DNA of 64,000 nt. Origin: Haplodiscus bocki. Lineage: Eukaryota. Shown here piece by piece: positions 42,480 through 54,849 of this stretch. The stretch is from the NCBI GenBank assembly GCA_965655095.1, contig OZ296649.1:95666001-95730000 (forward strand), given 5' to 3'. The translations under genes and the position numbers were made by a program. Every line of letters begins with the position of its first letter. The stretch's first letter is position 1. The notes below the pieces were generated by a model. The model ran no database searches. It was given only the letters and a program-made list of their open reading frames with translations, and was not told the origin of the DNA.

Positions 42480-43720
42480 TACACGGTTCTAAAAACTGAG
42501 GAACACTTTTGTAAAAAGAAAATGAAATAAAATGTAGTTTGTGGTTGTTTCAGCGTCAGGCCATTTCGTCCAATGCGTTTTCAACTTACCAATCTCAACC
42601 GCCCGCAATTTCAACATATCAAAAATTCGACTAATTACAATTTCGACCTTCTCAGGAAAAATACACGTTGAAAAATTGTTCATCGTTATTTTACCCTAAT
42701 TGTTCAATTAAATCAAATTAAAAGCTAACCTTTTGTTTTCGAATTGCAATATTTCGATTGTCGATATGAAAATTGTTGACTTTCAAATTAGTCTAATTTG
42801 AGCAAAAAGAATTCAGAATTTTCTCCCAAAAAGCACTAGGTTGCCTGCGGTCATTAGAATTGACAAATCCAGTACCTATCAAACGTGGAAGGGACCATTT
42901 TTGTTAAGTTCACAATGAGAAAAAGTTCTGGACTTTCTGAGTTACCCATAAAAACAGGTATGCGAAAAAAATTATGGAACTTTGAAGTAGCTAAAAGTGT
43001 CAACTATCAACATGATCTCAAAAAACCGATGTTACTTCTCTAGTCAGTCAAGTGAACTGCTGACTTGTCTTTCAAACATCAGAGAGAAAAAGGCAAAATT
43101 TCGGTCAGCACAGTCTAGACAACGTTTTTAACGTCGTGAACATGAGCTCGTTGCATTCACACTATCATCCCTCTTGGAGCCGCCTATTATGACCCGCGGA
43201 AAACAAGATAGCGTAATTTGAGAAATTACAATGTCGTCTTGACCAAAATCATCTTTGGTGTTTGATATATATGAGAAAATTTTCATTGATTGACAAAGAA
43301 AGAAAAAAATGGACAATTTTCACGGCATAACTTTAAAATCAGCAATTTCCAAAAGTCATAGAAAAATATAGCTGGGTTCAAACAATGAAGCAAAAGAATC
43401 CAAAAGTTTTCCGTTATTTGATTCAGATTTCAAAATAATTCATAGCCGAACAAAAGATCGTATTTGTTGTTCATGCCGACGGTCTTTTCCGACACAGAGA
43501 CGGAGTGGAACTTCACGACACTCTCTGACATGTCAGCTGTCCTTAACGACAGCCAAAGATTTTTGAAAGTAGAAGCGGAGAGCTCTTGAACATTTTTTGA
43601 ATTACTACACTCACCTCATTCCAGAGTTTGCTCGAAAAGATCAAACTGAGACGACAGCTTTTCGCCGGGCGACAAAGCAGAAATTTTAAAAAGTTAATCA
43701 TGTATTTTCTGGCTACGCCA
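42480..43720 (+). mobile_element. Decayed Ty3/Gypsy pol fragment (RT - RNase H - integrase zinc finger)
   Basis: VSASGHF/RPMRFQLTN..PQFQ at 42541 (~GHYEF.RMPFGL.NAPA.FQ); DFLSY at 42931 (~FLGY); NFEVAKSV; AYYDP at 43182; YMRKFSLIDKERK (~YASR.L...ER.Y); HADGLFR at 43472 (~ADALSR); ELLHSPH at 43599 and SPG...I....SCIF (HHCC finger). The RT-RH-IN order is Gypsy-like. Confidence 0.62.
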
Positions 43721-43799
43721 TTTTACTGCAAATTGTTTAGGGAACCCGCAAAGCAAACAAATCAAAACTGAACCAGCACCAGCCAAACGGACTCCAAAG

Positions 43800-46700
43800 G
43801 GTTTTTCTTTTTGCGACCATCTTCGAAGAAAAATAACTGCGCGGAAAAAAAATTCTGCTTCTGGGGCGGCAGATGTTAAATAAATTTTTTTGATATATCT
43901 CGAATACAAAAAGTCCAAATTGTTTTCAAGACAGAGATGAAGCAGAACTTCGCAACACATTCTGACCTGCCAGTGGAGACAACGCATCCCACAAAACGTT
44001 TAAAAACGTTAGCAGACACTTTTAGATGAATCAAACCAGCTGTCAATGAAAAATTTTTTCAAAAAATGAAAAAATACAGGGTCTCATGTTCAAAAGGATT
44101 TTTTGTCAATCCTATCTCCCCAAAATACGCGTTTTTGCGTCCAATGTTTAGGAGGATTGCGCAGTGAACAACGTGAAATTGGACAAAAGCTTGCCTAAAT
44201 GGAGCCCCCATGACTAGTTAACCTAACTGACTAGTCGAGTTGATGACGTCAAGAAGCACGCCCCGCACAGGCTGGTAAAAACCAAGCCCAGGTTGATTTC
44301 AAGACACATCATTCCTTTCAGTCAAAATTTGTAGAAGACAGACTTTCCGAAAGAAAAAACTTGTGTCCTTTTCTTCAGATACAGTCAATAAAATCCTGAG
44401 AAACCATGGCTTTGAACCAAATCAGAGAAATTTGATGGAGAACATATTGAGAAATTGTTCTAGCCCCAATGGTAATAGAGCGGGCGCTCTCAAGTCAACT
44501 CGAGTAGGTTTTCCTGTTGTTGGATTTGTTGGATGCAGCCAATGAGAATAGACACTCCGAGAAACACTTTTGAACAACAAAAGTGAAACGAAAACATCGT
44601 TTCGCAGCAGAACCTGAGCAATCTCTCTTAGCTAATCAGTACACAATCTAAACCACGGATCCTTGAAAGAGCACTAGATTGAAGCAATCCACTATTTATT
44701 TTGAAAAATCGTTTTTGAAGGACTACAAAAATAAAATCGTCTTCCTTTTTCAAATGAAAAGTCCAAATTTTTTGGCAACTATGTTCAAACGAAACCTTTA
44801 ATTAGTTCACAAACACTCTCTCAGACAAAAAACTAAATCAAGGCCGCATGCAGCCAATCCGACAACTTTTCTCTAGAAGAAACCTTTTTATCGACGAAGA
44901 GAAAAGCAACTTGAATTTCTCTCGGTTGTCGCTCAAGATGTTTTCAGCAACAAACATCAAAAAACTTATCAAGTTGAATTAGAACATCGGCAAGACAATA
45001 ACGGTTGAGACACCACTAGTTAAACCAATACGACCAATTGTTACTGAATAAAGAACAATTTCAATAAACAACGAAAGAAATAACATCCTTCTTAAATGGA
45101 AGTCAAAACATTTGCAATAAAGTAAAAAAAATGGACTAAGCAAGCCACATCAAAGAACCCTTGAGCCTTGATCGTTTGAAATAACGCTACAGAGGTCCCT
45201 TTGGTTAACTAGTCACAGAGGAGAGCTGAATCAATGGAATATGCGAGCAATTAAACCTTCCAATTTTCAAGAACAGGTCAAAATCGTGAGCAACACATCA
45301 CTAAACAGACTGTACAAACTACACAACGGACCTTATTTGACCTGACCAGGTGAGTTGTTTCTGGTAGCAGCCTATCAGCCAATTCTATCACGAGTGTTTG
45401 GTAAAAACATTTTCATCGAAGATCGAAAGTGGAAGCTTTTTTGATGATTTTCCTAATTACAGCTCGATAGTTTTCTGGTCATAAAGGTCAAAAAAAGATG
45501 TTCAAATGCACTGTCGTGAATATCTAGGCATTGAGTTAGTTTACCAATGCTAGATGAACCCAGTTTGGCCAGTAACATTCGAGAAAAAGGGTTTGTCGAA
45601 CAACAAAAGTAGAAGCAATTTTGATTTTTCGCCTAAAATATTAATTCATCTCGATGACAAAATAAAATAGCTGCTCCAAGCAACCAAAAACATTTTATTC
45701 TAAATCAAAACTCGACGCCAGGTGGAGCCTATCTCGTAATTTTCGGTTGAATTAAATTTTTGGAAAGCAACAACAGAAATATGACAGCCGTGTGCTTTTT
45801 TAAGAGAGGAACTTTTCCTAAATAAATTTCAAAGGTTGCCATTACTGCTACTGCACAAAAAACCAAGCATGAAGTTGTTGATTATGTCGGAAATAGACTT
45901 GTGTTATCACTGGTCTCAAACAAAACTGTTTCAAGGACAAATGTAAGTGAATTTATCAAAAACCATTCATTAACAAAACAAAATTTTGCAGAAACATAGA
46001 GTCGGCCTTCCAAGGTACACCGCAAACTCTCAAGGGTATCAGTAGCTGAAGGTGCGCTACACTACATCAAGCGGCCATTACTTGCTGATTAAACTTGTTT
46101 TGGTGGACACCATGAGGAAGAAACACAACATTTTCTTCTAATTTGGTTCAAGATGTCGAACAAAACGTTAAAGAGTTGAACAACCAAGCTGCTGCTCAGC
46201 AGGTGTAATAACCAAGCCTGCATCCAATGCGATCACTAGTCCTGATAGTGGTTTTGTCACCAAACAACAAAAATTCAAGCCCCTTTGACTCCTGGTATAC
46301 AAAACTCAATTTTTCCCAAAGCAAGTCTAAAACAGCTCTTCCAGGCAGCTCCAAAGTTTTTAAAGGTCGAAAAATTCAGGTCAATGCTGGATGGAACCAA
46401 TCTTTTAATTAGTTTTCGAATAAACTTTTTGAAAGTTGAAACAAATTCAAAGTTTTGTTCAAAAATTGGATCTTTTAAATGGAAGTCAAAGGTTGCCATA
46501 ACTGCTTCTAAACCAAAACATCAGTCATGAATTAGTGAAGATGTTGAAAACAGACGCCGTTCTATTACTAGTCATTAGAAAAATCAATTTACCGATCAGT
46601 GGAAGTTCAACGATCAACACTTGTTCAATAACAAGATAATTTTGACAGCCAAGAAATCACAAACTGATTTCACAAGATATACCACAAACACTCCGTGGGG

Positions 46701-49700
46701 TGAATATTTGAAGAATCACTAAAAGGAGACAATCCTGTCACTAGCTACTTAGAAAGACTAATTTAACGAACAATGCGAATGAAACGCTATTCAAAATTTA
46801 AAACAAGTCAACAATCCAAGCAAAAGTTTAAAACTTAGACCATCCAAACCACTCTGTAGAAGTTCTGTGCACTGAGCTGGTGAGCCTGTTCTAAATGCAG
46901 ACAATCGGAAACGTTTCCAAAATGAACAACAAAAAAATGCACATTGGACTCCTACTAATTACAGGTAGAGATACTTCAAAAAAAATATTTCAGGTTTTCT
47001 ACAGAATTTTTAGGAAACAACTGGCTGAGAAAACATCGGGTTTACAGAATTCGACCAATAGTCGTTTAGGAGAACAATTTTACTCAACAACAAGGAAATC
47101 ACCACTGAAATTTCGATTACGAAATTTAGTTTTCCAAGAAACTTCACAAAGTTCTTAGTTCAGAAAAAACTCAGTGAACACAGAACTGAGCAAATCTTAT
47201 TGTTACCCATTGAAGCATGAAGCTTTGAACCTTAACGGGAAGAAACAGTAGTTATTTAAAGTTCAAACATTTTTTCCGAAAAGGTCAAACAATGCCACAA
47301 CTTGGATTCACCAAAAAGGGCGGTCGTGAAGCAGTTGAACAAGTTGAAGGCTGATGCAAATCCATCGAAACTACTGAGAAAAGTATGCTTTAAACAGCAC
47401 TGGGAAAATGATTAACTATCGCTCTTAGCGAAAATGAATTTACTCGCAAGAAACACGTGGACATTCCAAGCTCAAGCTGCACCTCAAATCCTCTAGAGCA
47501 TCAGTAAATATAGGAGTGCCAGATCGCAGAATCTCACATTTAGTGACCGAAACGAAAACTTTTCAGCGACAATACGACAAAAAACACGTCATTTTGTTGG
47601 AAAACAAACCAACAGGTTCAACAACACATCAATTTTTCGACCTTCAAAGCTACCCCGCAGCTAACTCGACGCTCCCCTCAACATTGCCAAAACTGCAACT
47701 CAACAAAACCGCCAGGCATGTAATATTTCAGTAAGTTAGAGACAGACATTTTTCTATCACCAGTCTTTCGGAAAGACCGTTTTAATGAGCGATGCAAGTA
47801 AAAAATTAACGATCAATAGTTTAAAAGCAAGATAGAGCTGTTGGCAAAAAACTCAAAAACGGTTTTTTCAAAAAAAACAGCTCACTCTAAATATTGAGCA
47901 ATTGGTGGAGCGCTGAGTGAAGCTTAACTTGTTACTATTCAGCGACAAAATCTTTTTCAAAACGGACAACATGGAAAAAACGCCTTCGGCATTTCAAAAA
48001 CAGGTCCAGATTTTATGCAAACTTTCGATTTTTGGACCATCCAATCCACTTTGAAGAACTTTTTTACTCTAAACAAAAGAATCAGATGTGCATGTAGCCA
48101 ATCCCCAGACACTACAGCTTGAGAAAAATGGTTCAATTGAACAACGAAATTAAAAGCAACCTTTTTTTCGTCTGAAAAATTTATTACTTTCCAATGAAAA
48201 ATCAAAAGAGGATGCAAGCAATTTCACGGTTTTTAGGGGTCAAAAAAACTCTTAGTCAGCGCCGACTAAAGTAAATCATATTAGACATCGAGCAAAAACA
48301 TGGAACAACGAAAAACTTTTGATTTTCTTAAAAAAATTGAAGTTTTCTACAAAAAAACTTGAACAATGCCGAAACATCAATTTACCACAATTTCCAGGCA
48401 CGAAATATTAGAGTAATTTGCAAGCAAATGCATTTCGACCGCTAGTCTGTAAGACAAGCCGTCTTAACGAACGAGGCAAGGAATATGATCATCGGTCATC
48501 CATTAAAAAATTAAAATTTATCGGATTCAAAATCCCAAATGTACCATCCATGGTACACCTCCAACGGTATGAGTTGTTGCTACTTGATTGATTGCCAGAT
48601 GCAGCCAACCAGGGTTTTTGAAATTTCGACGAATTTTTTCAACTGACAACGTGGGGAAAGGCACGTCTCGTCCTTGAAAAACGCCATAAGATTTTCACCA
48701 AAACGTCAAAACAGAGACCCATCAAACTACTACCAAGAACTTCTGTGCCCTGAGTCTTTCGATTGGAAGATAAAGTTCACCGACTTTAAAACGCCAAAAA
48801 GACCGCCAAAATTGTACCATAAAAGCTCTAAGTTGTGGCTAGTTGAGCGGTTGCTAGATGCACCCAACCGGATTTTCCTACAAAGGAGACGAACAATTTC
48901 AATTGACACAGATAGAACTCACACGTCTCATCCTTGAAAAATAGATTTTTCCCCAAAAACGCCAAAGAAGTGACCCACCAATTTACTGCTCAGAGCTTCA
49001 GTGTCATGAGCTGGTTTTTCAAATCTGGTGCAGCCAGTGCGATCAATATTCTGTTTCTAAATGTTTTCGTAGAACAACGAAAGTAAAATCTGCTTTGAGT
49101 TCCAATTTTCAAGTCGTAGCTTCTCCCCACTAGTTTTTATATTAGCTGCTACAACCAACTTGAAAGTCAGTCTAGGTCAAAAACAGTTCATCCAACGCTG
49201 GATGAGGCTAATTTTTCCAATTACTTTTCAAAGAGAAATTTTCAAGTAACAACAAAGTTGAAAACAACTTATAATATTGATTAAAATCTGATTTTGTTTC
49301 AGTAGACTCCAGAAAATGCTATAAGTGCCACTGAAAAATGAACGCTTTTACAGAGTTGAACAGATGAAAGACAGACGGTTTTCCATCAGTAGTCATTCGA
49401 AAAATCTTTTTAATAAAAAATGTAAGTGTAAAGATTCACAATTCAGCAAAAACAAATCAAAAGTGATCGCAAAAAAGAAACAAATGGAAGTTTCGAGATA
49501 AACTCCAAACATTTTGGGTAGTGAGCAAGGAAAGAAACGTTGACTGGAGCTAGATCTATCACCATTGTGCGAGGAAAGTTAATTTATTGAACAATGCGAA
49601 AAGAAGCATCTCCGCTCTTTGAAGCAAACGGGTCAAGATTTCATTCAAAACGCTAAAAAATACAGCAACTATACTGTTCGGCAGATTTTTCCGGCCCCGA

Positions 49701-52700
49701 GCAGAAGAGTCAGCTCTGCAAGAAATCATTCCGGAAAAAAGGAGTTAGGAAAATTAGTTTGACTGCTCAGCAAAAACGTTACTTTTGTTTTTTCTACTAC
49801 ACAGCCGGTGAAATTTCAAAAAAACTGCAAAATAAATGCCTCATGGAATCTTACAGATTTTTGAAGTCCGAAAACATTCAATATGCGCCGGCTGGAGCAG
49901 ATCTTGCTGTAAGTCGCTGAGGCAAAAAGACGAAAGAACGGGAAAATTTTGAATTTTTCACAACAGAATTCAAAGCGTGTCCTAACAGCTAGTAAAGACA
50001 ACTGCCAGGCAAGAAATACTTGAAAAGGTTGAAGATGGAAGCAAATTTATGCGTAGTTTTTAGGAAAAACTCGTTTTAACGGACCAGGCAATTGTATTGA
50101 TTATAAATCGTACAAAAGCATGATGAAATTGTTCCCAGTATATCACAAAAAAATTTTCCGAGCTGAATTGCAAATACTCTAAGCAATCGGCTGGTGACTC
50201 AACACGGCATGCAGCCAATGTTATACTTTGTTTTTGAGAAAAACGATTTTATTGAACTACGAAACTAAAAAAGCCTTTGTTAACTGGACCACAATATAAC
50301 CTTCGATTTTTGGATACTGTTTTTTCTTAGAAAAACTCATAATAGCTGCTCCAAACAACATCACAGATTTTCAAGTTAAGAAAATTCAATCAGAACAGGG
50401 TGTAGCAGCTCGTGCTGATAATCACTGAGGCATGAAAAAATGAAGAAGAGCAGAAAAGATGTTTTGAATCGAATAATTTTTATTGTTGATAGACAAAATT
50501 CAAACAAAGCGATAACTGCAACTCAACACAAATGCTAGGCATGAAATCTCTAAGTACGTTGATTACAAATGCAATTTGATCACTAGTTTTGGAAAAAAAA
50601 CTGTTTTATCGAACATCGATCAATCAATAACAAGGTAAAGGTTTCGACAGCAAAATGGGCAACTGGACCATCCTAGCTAAAATGCAAAAAGTTTATTTTG
50701 TCCGTAGTTGATTGATTGCGAAATGCGCCAAAACGGACTGTTTGTAGATGGAACGGGTAAGTTTAGCGGACAACACGAACAAGGACACGTACTAACTTTA
50801 AAAACAAGTTGTTTGGCCAAACATTTAAAAGTTGTCTGTTCAAGCTACTTAGAAGACGTTTTGTGCTCCAAGCAGGTAGATCGGCTCTGTATAGAGCCAA
50901 TGCGGTTACTAGTCTGTGGCTGAATTTTTCAACCGAGCAAAAAACGTAAATCGAGACATTGAAATTTTAGGTGTATGTCAAAAACCTTCTCATTAGAAAA
51001 CAAAATTAGGCGTTCCACTCTGCTCCTCAGGAATTTTTTTCCAAGCAACCTGAGACTTTCTAAGTCAAAAGCCGTTTAGTCGGCGTTGGCTGGAATAAAT
51101 CTCACTCTTTGTCTTTGGGGCACAAAGAGACTAAAGAAAACGAAAAAAAACATTGATTTCCGCTGAAAAAGAAAACAGAAGTTGGTCAATAAAAATCAAA
51201 CAATGCCCTAACTGCAAATCAACACAAAAGTCAAGAAGTCAAGTTTCATTGACTTGAGTTGGTTGAAGACAGATTTAGTTCTACCGCTAGTTTCAACAGA
51301 CTTCGGTTTAACCAACAATGCAGGTAGAACGGTCGCCAAAATTTCGTTAACAAAAAGTTGTTTATTGCATTGAAAACCTCAAAAATATCGTCGAAGCTAC
51401 ACCGCAAACGTTCTAAATTGTTGCTAGTTTGAGTAATCGCCAGATGTTCCCAATTGGTGTATTTCTTACCTTGACGAATATTTCTGACTAACAACGTGAG
51501 GAAAGTGAGGAAAGGCATGTCTGGTCCTTGAAAAACCCTTGGAGATTTTCACTGAAACGTCAAAACAGAGAACCAACAAGATACTCCTAAGAACTTCTGT
51601 TCCCTGAGCTTTTCGTTAGGAAGATAATGTTTACTGACATTAAAACCCCAACTGACCACACAAAATGTAACGAAAGAGCTCTTACTTGAGGCTAGTTGAG
51701 CGGTTGTTGGATGCACCCAACCGGTTTTTTATAATTGAGACGAACAGTTTTAACTGATTTAGCTGGAAATCAAAACTCTCATCCCTAAGAAGTAGTTTAG
51801 GATGCTCAACAAAACCTCAAAAAAGTTACCTTTGGAGCCCCTCCGCGGACTTTTTATGCCTTAGGTAGACACGTTGGCTCTTCATGCAGCCAATGCGAGC
51901 ACCAGTCTCCACCAGGAGTATTCTTAACTAACATCGATGAAAAGCTTCTCCGATTTTTCCTAGTTACAAATCGACGTTTTCAAAGTCAAAAGTAGTTGTT
52001 TTAATGCACTCTTCAGAAACTGTAGGACACAAGTAGGTGAGAGACAGCTGGATGGAATTGTTCCGACAAGTATTCTATGAGAAAGTTTTTTTTATTATGC
52101 AACGAAAGTAAACTTTCCCTTGACCTTTCGATCACAAGTTCCAAATTTCCCGAGCACTTTATCACTCTCTGAGTGAAAAACAATTTAATCAACGCCGGTT
52201 AGAGCCAATCCCACTGTTTGCTTTTAAGTCTAAACGATGAAAACGAATAAAATGACTTTTTTAAATCCAGGTTCATATTTTGCTCAAAAAAACGAACACT
52301 GCCGTAACTGCACTCCAAAAAATTGCCAGGCATGGAGTGCTTGAGTAGGTTGAGAACAGATGCAGTTGTACAAGTAGTCTTTAAGAAAAACTGTTTTGAC
52401 AAGCAATGCAGGTATAACGATTCTCGGCCTTCCTTTAGGAGGATACCATTTATTGTCTTGGAAATGCCTAAGTGACCTTCCAAAACACACCCAAAAAACT
52501 CCAAGTTATTGCTAAACTAGAAGCACCCAACGCGGCTATTTAAAACTGAGACGAACAGTTTTGACAATGCGAAAAATGAGGCGTCTCTTCCTAAAAAAAC
52601 AGTTTAGGATTTTCAACAAAACGTCAAAGAAGTGAGTCGCCTTATTACCGCTAAGATCTTCAATGTCATGAGCAAGTTTATCAGCTCGGCAAGTAGCTAA

Positions 52701-54500
52701 CGCAATCACTAGTACTTGACAGAATTATTTTCATCGAACAGTGAAAAGAAAACACCTTTGACTTTAAATTGGCAAATTCAGACTATTCACGACAAAATTC
52801 TCAAACAGCTGCTTATCAGGCAACTTCAAAGACCTGTTAGGTCGGAAACAAATAAATCAGAGCTGGTCGGAGCTACTGTACCATGTTTTTGGAAAAATTT
52901 TTCTTCAAGAACCACCGAAGCATTGGAATTTCCGAGCTGAACCGCACACGTTCGAAGTGCTGATCAAATGAAGGAGGGCTTAATGGATGGAATTATTTCT
53001 GTCACTAGTGAGTGAAAAATGCTTTTCTATTGGGTGAAGCGAGAAAAAAAGAATATCAAGTTTCTCAGAGAACGAGTCAAAATTTAATAGAAAAGATTTT
53101 AATTCAGACCATCTTTGCTACTCCCCAGAAATTTGTTGGCCAGAGAAGGTGAATCAGCTCTGTGTGAAATCAATCAAAAACCAATAGTTGATAAAATAGT
53201 TTTTAGAGCGGCTAAATTGAAAATGTTTTTGATTTTTTGACTAGAATGCCTATCTTTTTCCAGAAAAAGTTTAAACATAGCTGCTGCGCCCAACTTCTGA
53301 GATAATTCAGGTCCCAAAACTTTCCTTGAACGCCAACTGGAGCAACTCCTGCAATAAATAACTGAGGCAAAAATATTAAACAACAGAAAAATTTGTTTTT
53401 TTTTCATAATAGATATCAGAGAGTACCATAACATCTACTAAAATGAATTGCCTGGCATGAAATAGTTGGAGAATTGGAAGACAGAATCATTTCTCGCCCT
53501 AGCCATTAAAAAGGACTCGTTTTAACGCACGATGCAAGTAAGATGATCATGATTTGATCAATAGTAGGATGAAGTTGATACCAGTAAACAACTAAAAGAT
53601 TTTCCAAGCTAAAACACAAACACTCTGAAAAGGAGCAGTTGAAGGAGCGCGGCAATCCAATCACGAGACACTCATAAATGCTAGTTTACCGAAGAATGCG
53701 AAATGGATTTTAGGCCAATTTTTTTAACAATCGGGATTACTTCTCAAAATCTCTGTCATCTGAGAAGTTGAATCAACTGTGCATGCAGCCAGTCCGAAAC
53801 CTAGTAGTTGATAGAAGTGGTTTAATTGAGAAACCAAAGTAAATTTTCTTTTGATTTTTCGACTACAAAGATTGATTGTTAATTGTTTCCGATCAAAAAT
53901 CATATTTGCTGCTCCAGGCAACCTCAAATATTTTTCATGTCCAAAAACTCTCAGTCTTCGCCGGCTGGAGCAAACCCTACTTTAAGTCACTGAAGCAAAG
54001 AAAGTTAAAGACATCGGGAGAAAAGTAAGAAATTAGCAAATTTTTTCAGACAATGTCATCACTGCTATTTAACGCCAACGGGAGGGTCGAAACTTTAAAC
54101 AGGCTAAAGACTGACGAAACTATTCCACTGGTCTTTAGAAAAGAGTAACAGCGAACAAAGCTAAAAAATTGATCATCTAGTTTGAGTTCAAAGATAGAAT
54201 TCAACGAAATAAAAAAAACCAAACGGAACCGCGAAGCTACACTAAAGACAAAATAGGTAGCAATTAGTTGAAAGTGAAAACAACACCATGGACCCATTGC
54301 AACTATTGATGCTCATGGAAACCGGTTTTGACGAGCAACGCAGGAAAAAGTACACTCAATTTGCAAACTTTATTTTAACTATTCGCAAGGGGAACGTAAG
54401 CGGAACCGTTCAAATTGACCCATAGAAATTTCGTACGCCAGTAGTTGAATTAGCATTAGATGAATCCAGTGGAACAATTGCTTGATGGGGAAACAACTTT
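43800..54500. repeat. Block of highly diverged, same-orientation repeated modules of unknown origin
   Basis: atgcagcca(a/g) recurs at 44533, 44848, 48599, 50209, 51884 and 53783. The variant atgcacccaacc occurs at 48858 and 51711. tagctgct-like motifs occur at ~45667, 49143, 50343, 53279 and 53905. gaacaacgaaa and atcactagt motifs are also repeated. Confidence 0.7.
48655..51810 (+). repeat. Direct repeat pair of ~300 bp (48655-48960 and 51510-51810); partial third copy at ~52490-52650
   Basis: Both copies read gaaaggca.gtct.gtccttgaaaaac...aaacgtcaaaacagaga...aagaacttctgt.ccctgag...ggctagttgagcggttg...gatgcacccaaccgg...gagacgaaca. Confidence 0.85.
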
Positions 54501-54849
54501 GAACACTATTGCCGACAAGAAGACGTTCTTTTTCTCAGTTAAATTTCATATTTGCGGCGAATAAAATCAAAACAAGCAGTCACAATCAGTTTGGATTGTC
54601 TCCGGAAATGATTCAGAGTTACTGGAAAAAAACTGAGCAATGCGCGCTTTGGCAAAGACACCAAATCAAAACACAGCTTGAAGAATCTCTGAAGAAACAT
54701 TGCCGGAAAACACAGAAAGTTGCAGATACGTGCGGTTGGAAAAAAGTTTCAGTTAGCCCGGATTCCAAAGCACGTGCTTTCAGTTAATATAACACAGAGA
54801 CAAAGCTATGCTTCCCAACACTGCCAAGACTATTGGTCTTGTTCGAAGA

